Shown here piece after piece: positions 1 through 14,900 of a DNA stretch of 64,000 nucleotides. Under the pieces are notes generated by a model that searched no databases, was not told the DNA's origin, and worked only from the letters and a program-made list of their open reading frames with translations. Every line of letters starts with the position of its first letter. Position 1 is the stretch's first letter. Source of the stretch: Isurus oxyrinchus (lineage: Eukaryota); the NCBI GenBank assembly GCA_026770705.1, contig JANJGN010000016.1, positions 86,800,001-86,864,000 on the forward strand, written 5' to 3'. Position numbers and translations under genes: made by a program.

Positions 1-3000
1 CACTTCACAATCCAGTCTGTGTACTCAGATACATCAAACATCACAATCCAGTTTGTGTACTCAGGACACCAATCATCATAATCCCGTCTTTGTGCTCAGG
101 TACATCAAACTTCACAATCCAGTCTGCGTACACCGGTTCATCACAATTCACAATCCAGTCTGTGTACTCAGGTACATCATATTTCACAATCCTGTTCTGC
201 ACTCAGGAACATCACTCTTCACAATCCAGTCTGTGTACTCAGGTACATCACACTTAACAATCCAGTCTTTGTACTCAGGTACATCACACTTCACAATCCA
301 CTTTGTTTACTCAGGCACACCACACATCACAATCCAGTCTGTGTACTCAGGTACATCACATTTCACAATCCAGTCTGTGTACTCAGGTACATCACACTTC
401 ACAATCCACTCTGTGTACTCAGGTACATCACACTTCACAATCCAGTCTGCGTACTCAGGTACATCACACTTCACAATCCAGTCTCTGTACTCAGGTACAT
501 CACACTTCACAATTCAGTCTGTGTACTCAGGTACATCATACTTCACAATCCAGTCTGTGTAAATAGGTGCATCATATTTCACAATCCAGTCTGAGTCCTC
601 AGGAACACCACACATCACAATACTGTCTGTGTACTCAGGTACATCACACTTGACAATCCAGTCTCTGTACTCAGGTACATCACACTTCACAATACATTCT
701 GTGTACTCAGGTACATCACATTTCACAATCCAGTCTGGGTACTCAGGTACATCACATTTCACAATCCAGTCTGTGTACTCAGATACATCACACTTAACAA
801 ACCAGTCTGTGTACTCAGGTACATCACACTTCACAATCCACTCTGTGTACTCAGGTACATCACACTTCACAATCCAGTCTGTGTACTCAGGTACATCACA
901 CTTCACAATCCAGTCTGTGTTCTCAGGTACATCACACTTCACAATCCAGTCTCTGTACTCAGGTACATCACACTTCACAATCCAGTCTGTGTACTCAGGT
1001 ACATCACACTTCACAATCCAGTCTGTGTGCTCAGGTACATCACACATCACAATCCATTCTGTGTACTCAGGTACATCACACTTCACAATCCAGTCTATGT
1101 TCTCAGGTACATCACACTTCATAATCCAGTCTGTGTACTCAGGTACATCACACTTCACAATATAGTCAGTGTACTCAGGTACATCACACTTCACAATCCA
1201 GTTTGTGTACTCAGGTACATCACACTTCACAGTCCAATCAGTGGTAGTCCGGTAAATCACACTTCACAATCCTGCCTGTTGTCTCAGGGACGTCACAGTT
1301 TACAATCAAGTCGGTGTACTCAGCTACGTCACACTTCATAATCCATTTTGTGTACTCAGCTATGTCACACTTCACAATCCACTTTGTGGTCTCAGGTTTA
1401 CCAATCATCACACTCCAGTCTCTCTACTCAGGAACATCATACTTCACAATCCAGTCTGTGTAAATAGGTGCATCATATTTCACAATCCAGTCTGTGTACA
1501 CAGGTACTTCACACTTCACAATCAACTCTGTGTACTCATGTGCATCACACTTCACAACCCAGCCTGTGTCCTCAGGTACATCATATTTCACAATCCAGTC
1601 TGTGTACACAGGTACAACACACTTCACAATCCAGTCTGTGTACTCAGGTACATCACACTTCACAATCCAGTCTGTGTACTCAGGTACACCACACTTCACA
1701 TTCCAGTCTGTGTACTCAGGTACACCACATTTCACAATCCAGTCTGTGTACTCAGGTACATCACACTTCACAATCCAGTCTGTGTACTCAGGTACATCAC
1801 ACTTCACAATCCAGTCTGTGTACTCAGGTACATCACATTTCACAATCCAGTCTGTGTACTCAGGTACATCACACATCACAATCCAATCTGTGTACACAGG
1901 TACATCACACTTCACAATCCAGTCTGTGTACTCAGGTACATCAAATTTCACAATCCAGTCTGAGTCCTCAGGAAAACCACACATCACAATACTGTCTGTG
2001 TACTCAGGTACATCACATTTCACAATCCAGTCTGTGTACACAGGTACATCACACTTCACAATCCACACTGTGTGCTCAGGTACAACAAACTTCACAATCC
2101 AGTCTGTGTACACAGGTACATCAAACATCACAATCCACTTTGTGTACTCAGTACACCAATCGTCACAATCCAGTCTGTGTGCACAAGTACATCACTATTC
2201 ACAATCCACTCTGTGTACACAGGTGGATCATATTTCACAATCCACTCTCTGTACACAGGTACATTACACTTCGCAATCAAGTCTGTGTATTCAGCTACGT
2301 AACACTTCACAAACCAGTCTGAGTACTCAGCTACGTCACACTTCACAATCCAGTCTGTGTACTCAGGTACATCACACTTCACAATCCAGTCTGTGTACTC
2401 AGGTACATCACACTTCACAATCCATTCTGTGTACTCAGGTACATCACACTTCACAATCCATTCTGTGTACTCAGGTACATCACATTTCACAATCCAGTCT
2501 GTGTACTCAGGTACATCACACTTCACAATCCAGGCTGTGTACTCAGGTACATCACACTTCATAATCCAGTCTGTGTACTCAGGTACATCACACTTCACAA
2601 TCCAGTCTGTGTACTCAGGTACATCACATTTCACAATCCAGTCTGTGTACTCAGGTACATCACACATCACAATCCAATCTGTGTACACAGGTACATCACA
2701 CTTCACAATCCAGTCTGTGTACTCAGGTACATCAAATTTCACAATCCAGTCTGAGTCCTCAGGAACACCACACATCACAATACTGTCTGTGTACTCAGGT
2801 ACATCACATTTCCCTATCCAGTCTGTGTACTCAGGTACATCACACATCACAATCCAATCTGTGTACACAGGTACATCACACTTCACAATCCACACTGTGT
2901 GCTCAGGTGCAACAAACTTCACAATCCAGTCTGTGTACACAGGTACATCAAACATCACAATCCACATTGTGTACTCAGTACACCAATCGTCACAATCCAG

Positions 3001-6000
3001 TCTGTGTACCCAGGTACATCACACTTCACAATCCAGTCTCTGTACTCAGTAACACCATACTTCACAATCCAGTCTGTGTGCACAAGTACATCACTCTTCA
3101 CAATCCACTCTGTGTACACAGGTGGATCATATTTCACAATCCACTCTCTGTACACAGGTACATCACACTTCACAATCAAGTCTGTGTATTCAGCTACGTC
3201 ACACTTCACAAACCAGTCTGTGTACTCAGGTACATCACACTTCACAATTCAGTCTGTGTACTCAGGTGCACCATATTTCACAATCCAGTCTGTGTACTCA
3301 GGTACACCACACTTCACAATCCAGTCTGTGTACTCAGGTACATCACACTTCACAATCCAGTCTGTGTACTCAGGTACATCACACTTCACAATCCAGTCTG
3401 TGTACTCAGATACATCAAACATCACAATCCAGTTTGTGTACTTAGGACACCAATCATCATAATCCCGTCTTTGTGCTCAGGTACATCAAACTTCACAATC
3501 CAGTCTGCGTACACCGGTTCATCACAATTCACAATCCAGTCTGTGTACTCAAGTACATCATATTTCACAATCCAGTTCTGCACTCAGGAACATCACTCTT
3601 CACAATCCAGTCTGTGTACTCAGGTACATCACACTTCACAATCCAGTCTTTGTACTCAGGTACATCACACTTCACAATCCACTTTGTTTACTCAGGCACA
3701 CCACACATCACAATCCAGTCTGTGTACTCAGGTACATCAGACTTCACAATCCAGTCTGTGTACTCAGGTAAACCATTCTTCACAATACAATCTGTGTACT
3801 CAGGTACATCACACTTCACAATCCAGTCTGAGTACTCAGGTACATCACACTTCACAAACCATTCTGTGTACTCAGGTACATCACACTGCACAATCCAGTC
3901 TGTGTACTCAGGTACATCACACTTCACAATCCAATCTGTGGTTGTCCGGTACATCACACGTCACAATCCAGTCTGTGTACTCAGGTACATCACACTTCAC
4001 AATCCAGTCTGTGTACTCAGGTACATCACACTTCACAATCCAGTCTCTGTACTCAGGTACATCACACTTCACAATCCAGTCTGTGTACTCAGGTACACCA
4101 CACTTCACAATCCAGTATGTGTACACAGGTACATCACACTTCACAATCCAGTTTGTGTACTCAGGTACATCAGACTTCACAATCCAGTCTGTGTACTCAG
4201 GTAAACCATTCTTCACAATACAATCTGTGTACTCAGGTACATCACACTTCACAATCCTGCATGAGTACTCAGGTACATCACACTTCACAATACAGTCTGT
4301 GTACTCAGGTACATCACACTTCACAATCCAGTGTGTGTACTCAGGTACATCACAGTTTACATTCCATTCTGTGTACTCAGGTACATCACACTTCACAATC
4401 CAGTTTGTGGACTCAGGTACATCACACTTCACAATCCAGTCTGTGTACTCCTGTACATCACAGTTTACATTCCATTCTGTGTACTCAGATACATCACACT
4501 TCACAATCCAGTCTGTGTACTCAGGTACATCACAGTTTACATTCCATTCTGTGTACTCAGATACATCACACTTCACAATCCAGTTTGTGCACTCAGGGAC
4601 ACCAATCATCACACTCCAGTCTCTCTACTCAGGAACATCATACTTCACAGTCCAGTCTGTGTAAATAGTTGCATCGTATTTCACAATCCAGTCTGTGTAC
4701 ACAGGTACATCACATTTCACAATCCAGTCTGTGTACTCAGGTACATCACACTTCACAATCCAGTCTGTGCACTCAGGTACATCTCAATTCACAATCCAGT
4801 CTGAGTACTCAGGACCATCACACTTCACAATACTGTCTATGTACTCAGGTACATCAAACATCACAATCCAGTTCGTGTACTCAGTACACCAATCATCACA
4901 ATCCAGTCTGTGTACTCAGGTAAACCATTCTTCACAATCCAGTCTGTGTACTCAGGTGCATCACACTTCACGATCCATTTTGTGTACTCAGGTACATCAC
5001 ACTTCACGATCCAATATGTGTACTCAGGAACATTACACTTAACAGTCCAGATTGTGTACAGAGGTACATCACACTTCACAATCCAGTCTATGTACTCAGG
5101 TACGTCATATGTCACAATCCATTCTGTGTACTCAGGTACATCACACTTCACAATCCAGTCTGTGTACTCAGGTACATCACACTTCACAATCCAGTCTGTG
5201 TACACAGGTGCATCACAGATCACAATTCAGTTTGTGTACTCAGGTTGACCACACTTCACAATCCAGTCTGTGTACTCAGGTTCATCATATTTCACAATTC
5301 AGTCTATGTACACAGGTACATCACACTTCACAATCCAGTCTGTGTACTCAGCTACGTCACACTTCACAATCCAGTCTGTGTACTCAGGTACATCACACTT
5401 CACAATCCATTTTGTGTACTCAGGTACGTCACACTTCACAATCCAGTCTGTGTACTCAGGTACATCACACTTCACTATCCATTTTGTGTACTCAGGTACG
5501 TCACACTTCATAATCCAGTCTGTGTACTCAGGTACATCACACTTCACAATCCAGTCTGTGCTCTCAGGTTGATCACACTTCACAATCCAGTCTGTGTACT
5601 CAGGTACATCACACTTCACAATCCAGTCTGCGTACTCAGGTACATCACACTTCACAATCCAGTCTGTGTACTCAGGTACATCACTCTTCACAATCCAGTC
5701 TGTGAACTCAGGTACATCGCACTTCACAATCCAGTCTGTGTACTCAGCTACGTCACACTTCACAATCCAGTCTGTGTACTCAGGTACATCACACTTCACA
5801 ATCCAGTCTGTGTACTCAGGTACATCACACTTCACAATCCAGTCTGTGTACTCAGGTACATCACACTGCACAATCCAGTCTGTGTACTCAGGTACATCAC
5901 ACTTCACAATCCAGTCTGTGTACTCAGGTACATCACACTTCACAATCCAGTCTGTGTAATCAGGTTGGCCACACTTCACAATCCAGTCTGTGTACTCAGG

Positions 6001-9000
6001 TACATCACACTTCACAATCCAGTCTGTGTACTCAGGTACATCACACTGCACAATCCAGTCTGTGTACTCAGGTACATCACACTTCACAATCCAGTCTGTG
6101 TACTCAGGTACATCACACTTCACAATCCAGTCTGTGTACTCAGGTACATCACACTTCACAATCCAGTCTGTGTACTCAGGTACATCACACTTCACAATCC
6201 AGTCTATGTACTCAGGTACATCACACTTCACAATCCAATCTGTGTACTCAGGTACATCACACTTCACAATCCAGTCTGCGTAATCAGGTTGGCCACACTT
6301 CACAATCCAGTCTGTGTACTCAGGTACATCACACTGCACAATCCAGTCTGTGTACTCAGGTACATCACACTTCACAATCCAGTCTGTGTACTCAGGTACA
6401 TCACACTTCACAATCCAGTCTGTGTAATCAGGTTGGCCACACTTCACAATCCAGTCTGTGTACTCAGGTACATCACACTTCACAATCCAGTCTGTGTACT
6501 CAGGTACATCACACTGCACAATCCAGTCTGTGTACTCAGGTACATCACACTTCACAATCCAGTCTGTGTACTCAGGTACATCACACTTCACAATCCAGTC
6601 TGTGTACTCAGGTACATCACACTTCACAATCCAGTCTGTGTACTCAGGTACATCACACTTCACAATCCAGTCTATGTACTCAGGTACATCACACTTCACA
6701 ATCCAATCTGTGTACTCAGGTACATCACACTTCACAATCCACTCTGTGTACTCAGGTACATCACACTTCACAATCCAGTCTGTGTACTCAGGTACATCAC
6801 ACTTCACAATCCAGTCTGTGTACTCAGGTACATCACACTACACAATCCAGTCTGTGTACTCAGGTACATCACACTACACAATCCAGTCTGTGTACTCAGG
6901 TACATCACACTTCACAATCCAAACTGTGTACTCAGGTACATCACACTTCACAATCCAAACTGTGTACTCAGGTACATCACACTTCACAATCCAGTCTGTG
7001 TACTCAGGTACATCACTCTTCACAATCCAGTCTGTGTACTCAGGAACATCGCACTTCACAATCCAGTCTGTGTACTCAGGTACATCACACTGCACAATCC
7101 AGTCTGTGTACTCAGGTACATCACACTTCACAATCCAGTCTGTGTACTCAGGTACATCACACTTCACAATCCAGTCTGTGTAATCAGGTTGGCCACACTT
7201 CACAATCCAGTCTGTGTACTCAGGTACATCACACTTCACAATCCAGTCTGTGTACTCAGGTACATCACACTGCAAAATCCAGTCTGTGTACTCAGGTACA
7301 TCACACTTCACAATCCAGTCTGTGTACTCAGGTACATCACACTTCACAATCCAGTCTGTGTACTCAGGTACATCACACTTCACAATCCAGTCTGTGTACT
7401 CAGGTACATCACACTTCACAATCCAGTCTATGTACTCAGGTACATCACACTTCACAATCCAATCTGTGTACTCAGGTACATCACACTTCACAATCCACTC
7501 TGTGTACTCAGGTACATCACACTTCACAATCCAGTCTGTGTACTCAGGTACATCACACTTCACAATCCAGTCTGTGTACTCAGGTACATCACACTACACA
7601 ATCCAGTCTGTGTACTCAGGTACATCACACTACACAATCCAGTCTGTGTACTCAGGTACATCACACTTCACAATCCAAACTGTGTACTCAGGTACATCAC
7701 ACTTCACAATCCAAACTGTGTACTCAGGTACATCACACTTCACAATCCAGTCTGTGTACTCAGGTACATCACTCTTCACAATCCAGTCTGTGTACTCAGG
7801 AACATCGCACTTCACAATCCAGTCTGTGTACTCAGGTACATCACACTGCACAATCCAGTCTGTGTACTCAGGTACATCACACTTCACAATCCAGTCTGTG
7901 TACTCAGGTACATCACACTTCACAATCCAGTCTGTGTAATCAGGTTGGCCACACTTCACAATCCAATCTGTGTACTCAGGTACATCACACTTCACAATCC
8001 AGTCTGTGTACTCAGGTACATCACACTGCACAATCCAGTCTGTGTACTCAGGTACATCACACTTCACAATCCAGTCTGTGTACTCAGGTACATCACACTT
8101 CACAATCCAGTCTGTGTACTCAGATACATCACACTTCACAATCCAGTCTGTGTACTCAGGTACATCACACTTCACAATCCAGTCTATGTACTCAGGTACA
8201 TCACACTTCACAATCCAATCTGTGTACTCAGGTACATCACACTTCACAATCCAGTCTGTGTACTCAGGTACATCACACTTCACAATCCAGTCTGTGTACT
8301 CAGGTACATCACACTTCACAATCCAGTCTGTGTACTCAGGTACATCAAACTACACAATCCAGTCTGTGTACTCAGGTACATCACACTACACAATCCAGTC
8401 TGTGTACTCAGGTACATCACACTTCACAATCCAAACTGTGTACTCAGGTACATCACACTTCACAATCCAAACTGTGTACTCAGGTACATCACACTTCACA
8501 ATCCAGTCTGTGTACTCAGTTACATCACACTTCACCATCCAGTCTGTGTTGTCAGGTACATCACACTTCACAATCCAGTCTCTGTACTCAGGTACATCAC
8601 ACTGCACAATCCAGTCTGTGTACTCAGGTACATCACACTTCACAATCCAGTCTGTGTACTCAGGTACATCACACTTCACAATCCAGTCTGTGTAATCAGG
8701 TTGGCCACACTTCACAATCCAGTCTGTGTACTCAGGTACATCACACTTCACAATCCAGTCTGTGTACTCAGGTACATCACACTGCACAATCCAGTCTGTG
8801 TACTCAGGTACATCACACTTCACAATCCAGTCTGTGTACTCAGGTACATCACACTTCACAATCCAGTCTGTGTACTCAGATACATCACACTTCACAATCC
8901 AGTCTGTGTACTCAGGTACATCACACTTCACAATCCAGTCTATGTACTCAGGTACATCACACTTCACAATCCAATCTGTGTACTCAGGTACATCACACTT

Positions 9001-9500
9001 CACAATCCAGTCTGTGTACTCAGGTACATCACACTTCACAATCCAGTCTGTGTACTCAGGTACATCACACTTCACAATCCAAACTGTGTACTCAGGTACA
9101 TCACACTTCACAATCCAAACTGTGTACTCAGGTACATCACACTTCACAATCCAGTCTGTGTACTCACTTACCTCACACTTCACCATCCAGTCTGTGTTGT
9201 CAGGTACATCACACTTCACAATCCAGTCTCTGTACTCAGGTACATCACACTTCACAATCCAGTCTGTGTACTCAGGTACATCACACTTCACAATCCAGTC
9301 TGTGTACTCAGGTACATCACACTTCACAATCCTGTCTCTGTACTCAGGTACATCACATTTTATAATCCAGTCTCTGTACTCAGGTACATCACATTTCACA
9401 ATCCATTCTGTGTACTCAGGTACATCACACTTCACATTCCAGTCTGTGTAGTCAGGTACACCACACTTCACAATCCAGTCTGTGTACTCAGGTACACCAC
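1..9500. repeat. 36-bp tandem satellite (consensus CACTTCACAATCCAGTCTGTGTACTCAGGTACATCA), ~260 copies, runs off the left edge
   Basis: Directly visible 36-bp periodicity. The ORF track shows 12-aa repeats in several frames. A 756-bp higher-order period is present at ~6.4-9 kb. Confidence 0.98.
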
Positions 9501-9900
9501 CGCCGTCCTCACACTGATCTGAAGCTCCTGTTCTGATTCCTCGAGGGACCAGAGTTTTGTGAGCACCTCATTCGTGAATCACAGCCCCTATATGCTCTGT
9601 TCCTGCCTTAGGTGTTGGTGAAAATTGCTACTGGGAGGTTCTGTGTGGATACGGCCTCCTGCTGAGTTCCCGTCTCACCCTCCTCGGTACAATGGACTGG
9701 GAACATGTGGTGTACCCTGAGAACTTGCAGCTAATAACAATGTCTTCCCCACATGCAGCATCTCTTCCTGTATCTTCACCAACTTGAAACAACTCCTCCA
9801 AACACCCAGTCCTTCCACAAACTCAATCAGAACCAGGAGAAAGTCAGCAGGAACTCAGCTGCACGTTGTTGTTGGTCCCTTTAAATCTCACTGGTCTCTG
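9497..9900 (-). mobile_element. Possible decayed PIF/Harbinger-like transposase N-terminal remnant
   Basis: Minus strand at ~9500-9660 reads RRPYP...QEQSI*GL*FTNEVLTKLWSL...VRTAVV across a frameshift. This resembles recalled fish Harbinger transposase N-termini (RRPYP...EEQC.RRLRF.KE.V.ELC.L). It is truncated by the satellite. Confidence 0.4.
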
Positions 9901-10063
9901 GATCCCTCACACTGCTGAACCTGTACCAAATCTGCTTTACAATCTGACTGAGCTCACCATCTGCTGACTCTGTATCCTTCCGGAACACGCCTGTAACACG
10001 TGTGTTAATGCCCCTTCACCACGATGGTGTCCACTGTGGCCCAGACTGGAAGTGGGAAGAAAC

Positions 10064-10492
10064 CTGCAGCCGCCATTTTGTTTCCATCGGGTTCCTGTCG
10101 TGTCGAAATTCCCGGGGTTATGGAGGCAAAATTTGTGGTCATCGTATTCACTGAACGTATAATCTTGTTTTATAGATTTTAAAGTCATGACTTGGTCGGG
10201 TTTAGCTGATAGGAGGATTCACTGAAATGTTTCTGGGTAAACTTACCCCTGCCGCTTCTCCTTGTGCGGTGATCGTCTCTTTGTGATTTTTTCTCCTGTT
10301 CCAGTCGCCTCTCTCAGCAGCTGCTCTGTCACGTTTCAGTTTAAACCCTGAGGGTGTCTCCCATACTCTCCTCTCTCTCTCTCTCTCTCTCTCGAATATC
10401 TGAACCTGTTTATATCCCTTTGCAGTCTCTTTGTATCCTCCTCACAGCTTACTTTCCCAACCAGCTTTTTATTGTCAGTAGCCCTGACTGTG
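10064..10492 (-). repeat. Left arm of a ~425-bp long-range inverted repeat (partner 33914-34334)
   Basis: The reverse complement aligns by eye along the whole length, including a CR1 RT fragment, (CT)n and GCCGCCATTTTG. Confidence 0.93.
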
Positions 10493-10954
10493 GGTGGAAT
10501 TTTCTGTGCCGTGAGTGAACAATATGGCGAGAAGGCCAGAAATAGGCTTCACCCCACCTTGAAACCAATTTGCGATCGTCCGCTCAGCTGGTCAGTGGCG
10601 GGCTGCGTCTCCCACCATCGGACGTTGGGAGCCTCATTGTAACACATCTGCCTATCAGAATAAGGCCAGCCCACCGGAATCATCCCCCCCGCACCCTCCC
10701 CTGGGCTGGATCGTCCACCCCCCTTGGCGTGATTGTGAGCTGCCGTCTTTCACAACAGCTTGTGCTTGGCGGGCTGCTCTCTGAGGGGGACGGGGAGGGG
10801 AGTTCCCAGTAACATTGTGCAGCACTCGCCAGGGGGGCCTGTTGGGCTTCAAGGGTGAGGCAGGTTGATGGGGGGTCAAGGGCGGCCCTGAAGCTGAGGC
10901 GACTTTGCAGGAGACAAAGGTTTGCCTCGTGGCTGAGGCAGTTTGTGTGGCCAG

Positions 10955-11370
10955 GGGGCGGGGCTGTGGGGCGGGGCTGTGGGGCGGGGCTGTGGTCAGA
11001 GGGGGCGGGGCTGTGGTCAGAGGGGATGGGGCCGTGGGGCGGGGCTGTGGGGCGGGGCTGGAGCCTGAGGGAGCGGGGCTGGGGCCAGAGGGGGCGGGGC
11101 TGTGGGGCGTGGCTGTGGTCAGAGGGGTTGGGGCCGTGGGGCGGGGCTGTGTGGAGGTGCTAGGGCCAGAGGGGGCGGGGCTGGGGCCAGAGGGGGCGGG
11201 GCTGTGGTCAGAGGGGATGGGGCCGTGGGGCGGGGCTGTGGGGCGGTGCTGGGGCCAGAGGTGTCGGTGTCTGGGGGCGTGGCCTGGGGCTGAGAGGAGG
11301 GTCCAGATGGGGAGGGGCCAGATGGGGCGGTACCTGGGATGGGGTGGGGGCGAGGCCTGGGGGCGGGGCC
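10955..11370 (+). repeat. G-rich GGGGCGGGGCTGTG-type minisatellite (GC-box/G-quadruplex-prone)
   Basis: Repeated GGGGCGGGGCT(G/GTG) units. Confidence 0.85.
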
Positions 11371-11525
11371 GGTTGTGAAGGGCAGCCTCTTTCAATGTTT
11401 GGGCCAGTCTCTCCCATGGTCCAAGCTAACAGAGCAGCCTTGCCGTGCGGGTTAGGTGAATGTCTGTGTCTGAGCTGAGAGCACAGCCTGCAGTCCAATG
11501 GGCAAAGCTGCCGCCAATCGGTCAG

Positions 11526-11843
11526 GTAGACGAGATCACGTGTAAAGTAGCTGATGCTAAATACTATTCAGAGATAACGTGTAGAAGAGATCACATGTAA
11601 AGTAGCTGATGCTAAATACTACTTAGAGAACACGTGTAGAAGAGATCATGTGTAAACTATCTGTGCTAAATACTATTCTGAGATCACGTGTAGAAGAGAT
11701 CACGTGTTAAGTAACTGATGCAAAATACTGTTCAGAGATCAGGTGTAGAAGTGATCATGTGTAGAAGAGATTATGTGTAAGATAGCTGAAGCTAAATACT
11801 ATTCAGAGATCAGGTATAGAAGAGATCATGTGTAACCTATATG
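11526..11843 (-). repeat. Inverted 318-bp block of the 55-bp satellite
   Basis: Its reverse complement matches 21043-21360, including diagnostic variants. Confidence 0.93.
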
Positions 11844-11933
11844 TGTACACCCGTATGGTGTGTTCAAGGTACAGAGACAGGAGCAGCAGTCATCCAGCTT
11901 GACCTGCCAGAAGCACAAACTCACATCTGAGAC

Positions 11934-14900
11934 TGAATAGTATTTAGCATCAGCAACTATACACGTGATCTCTTCTACACGTGATCTCTGAATAGTATTC
12001 AGCATCAGCTACTTTACATGTGATCTCTTCTACACGTGATCTCTGAATAGTATTCAGCATCAGCAACTATACACGTGATCTCTTCTACACGTGATCTCTG
12101 AATAGTATTTACCATCATCTACTTTACACGTGATCTCTTCTACATGTGATCTCTGAATTGTATTTAGCATCAGCTGGTTTACACGTGAACTCTTCCACAT
12201 GTGATCTCTGAATAGTATTCAGCATCAGCTACTTTACACGTGATCTCTTCTACACGTGATCACTGAATAGAATTTAGCATCAGTTACTTTACATATGATC
12301 TCTTCTACACGTGATCTCTGAATAGTATTTAGCATCAGCTACTTTACACGTGATCTCTTCTACACGTGATCTCTGAATAGTATTTAGCATCAGCAACTAT
12401 ACACGTGATCTCTTCTACATGTGATCTCTGAATAGTATTTACCATCATCTACTTTACACGTGATCTCTTCTACATGTGATCTCTGAATAGTATTTAGCAT
12501 CAGCTGGTTTACACGTGAACTCTTCTACATGGGATCTCTGAATAGTATTCTGCATCAGCTACTTTACACGTGATCTCTTCTACACGTGATCACTGAATAG
12601 AATTTAGCATCAGTTACTTTACACATGATCTCTTCTACACGTGATCACTGAATAGAATTTAGCATCAGTTACTTTACACATGATCTCTTCTACACGTGAT
12701 CACTGAATAGAATTTAGCATCAGTTACTTTATACATGATCTCTTCTACACGTGATCTCTGAATAGTATTTTGCATCAGCTACTTTACACGTGATCTCTTC
12801 TACACGTTATCACTGAATAGTATTTTGCATCAGCTACTTTTCATGTGATCTCTTCTACACGTGATCACTGAATAGAATTTAGCATCAGTTACTTTACACA
12901 TGATCTCTTCTACACGTGATCTCCAAATAGTATTTAGCATCAGCTACTTTACTCGTGATCTCTTCTACACGTGATCTCTGAATAGTATTTAGCAACAACT
13001 ATTTTACACATGATCTCTTCTACATGTGATTTCTGAATAGTATTTAGCATCAGCTACTTTACATGTGATCTCTTCTACACGTGATCTCTGAATAGTATTT
13101 AGCAACAACTATTTTACACATGATCTCTTCTACATGTGATTTCTGAATAGTATTTTGCATCAGCTACTTTACACGTGATCTCTTCCACACGTGATCTCTG
13201 AATAGTATTTAGTATCAGCTTGTTTACACATGATCTCTTCTACATGTGATCTCTGAATAGTATTTAGCAACAACTATTTTACACATGATCTCTTCTACAC
13301 GTGATCTCTGAATAGTATTTAGCATCAGCTACTTTACACGTGATCTCTTCTACACATGTTCTCTGAATAGTATTTAGCATCAGATAGTTTATACGTGATC
13401 TCTTCTACATGTTATCACTGAATAGTATTTAGCATCAGCTACTTTACACATGATCCTTTCTACATGTGATCTCATCTGCACATGATCTCCGAATAGTATT
13501 TAGCATCATATAGTTTACACATGATATCTTCTACACCTGATATCTGAATAGTATTTAGCTCCAGCCAATTTACTCGTGATCTCTTCCACACAAGATCTCT
13601 GAAGAGTATTTAGCTTCAGCTATCTTACACATAATCTCTTCCACACATGATCTCTTCTGCACCTGATCTCTGAATAGTATTTTGCATCAGCTACTTTATA
13701 CATGATCTCTTCTACACGTGATCTCTGAATACTATTTAGAATCAGATAGTGTACACGTGAGCCCTTCTACATGTGATCTCAGAATAGTATTTAGTATCAG
13801 CTAATTTACACGTGATCTCTTCTTCACGTGATCTCTGAATAGTATTTAGCATCATCTACCTTTCACGTGATCTCTTCTACACGTGTTCTCTGAATAGTAT
13901 TTTGCATCAGCTAGTTAACATGATCTCTTCTACATGTGTACTCTGAATAGTATTTGGCATCAGCTACTTTACACCTGATCTCTTCTACACGTGATCTATG
14001 AATAGTATTTAGCTTCAGCTACTTTACACATGATCTCTTCTACACATGATCTCTGAATAGTATTTAGCATCAGCAACTATACACGTGATCTCTTCTACAT
14101 GTGATCTCTGAATAGTATTTACCATCATCTACTTTACACGTGATCTCTTCTACATGTGATCTCTGAATAGTATTTAGCATCAGCTGGTTTACACGTGAAC
14201 TCTTCTACATGGGATCTCTGAATAGTATTCTGCATCAGCTACTTTACACGTGATCTCTTCTACACGTGATCACTGAATAGAATTTAGCATCAGTTACTTT
14301 ACACATGATCTCTTCTACACGTGATCACTGAATAGAATTTAGCATCAGTTACTTTACACATGATCTCTTCTACACGTGATCACTGAATAGAATTTAGCAT
14401 CAGTTACTTTATACATGATCTCTTCTACACGTGATCTCTGAATAGTATTTTGCATCAGCTACTTTACACGTGATCTCTTCTACACGTTATCACTGAATAG
14501 TATTTTGCATCAGCTACTTTTCATGTGATCTCTTCTACACGTGATCACTGAATAGAATTTAGCATCAGTTACTTTACACATGATCTCTTCTACACGTGAT
14601 CTCCAAATAGTATTTAGCATCAGCTACTTTACTCGTGATCTCTTCTACACGTGATCTCTGAATAGTATTTAGCAACAACTATTTTACACATGATCTCTTC
14701 TACATGTGATTTCTGAATAGTATTTAGCATCAGCTACTTTACATGTGATCTCTTCTACACGTGATCTCTGAATAGTATTTAGCAACAACTATTTTACACA
14801 TGATCTCTTCTACATGTGATTTCTGAATAGTATTTTGCATCAGCTACTTTACACGTGATCTCTTCCACACGTGATCTCTGAATAGTATTTAGTATCAGCT

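Noticed and set aside
5245-9522. 1425-aa ORF and dozens of overlapping 12-aa-repeat ORFs (LHNPVCVLRYIT, FTIQSVYSGTSH, DVPEYTDWIVKC), also at 39916-41096
   Set aside because: The 36-bp unit is a multiple of three and happens to be stop-free in four frames. Open frames overlap on both strands, with no unique domain or splice context.
10655-11498. Pro/Gly-rich ORFs on both strands
   Set aside because: Translations of the GGGGCGGGGC minisatellite.
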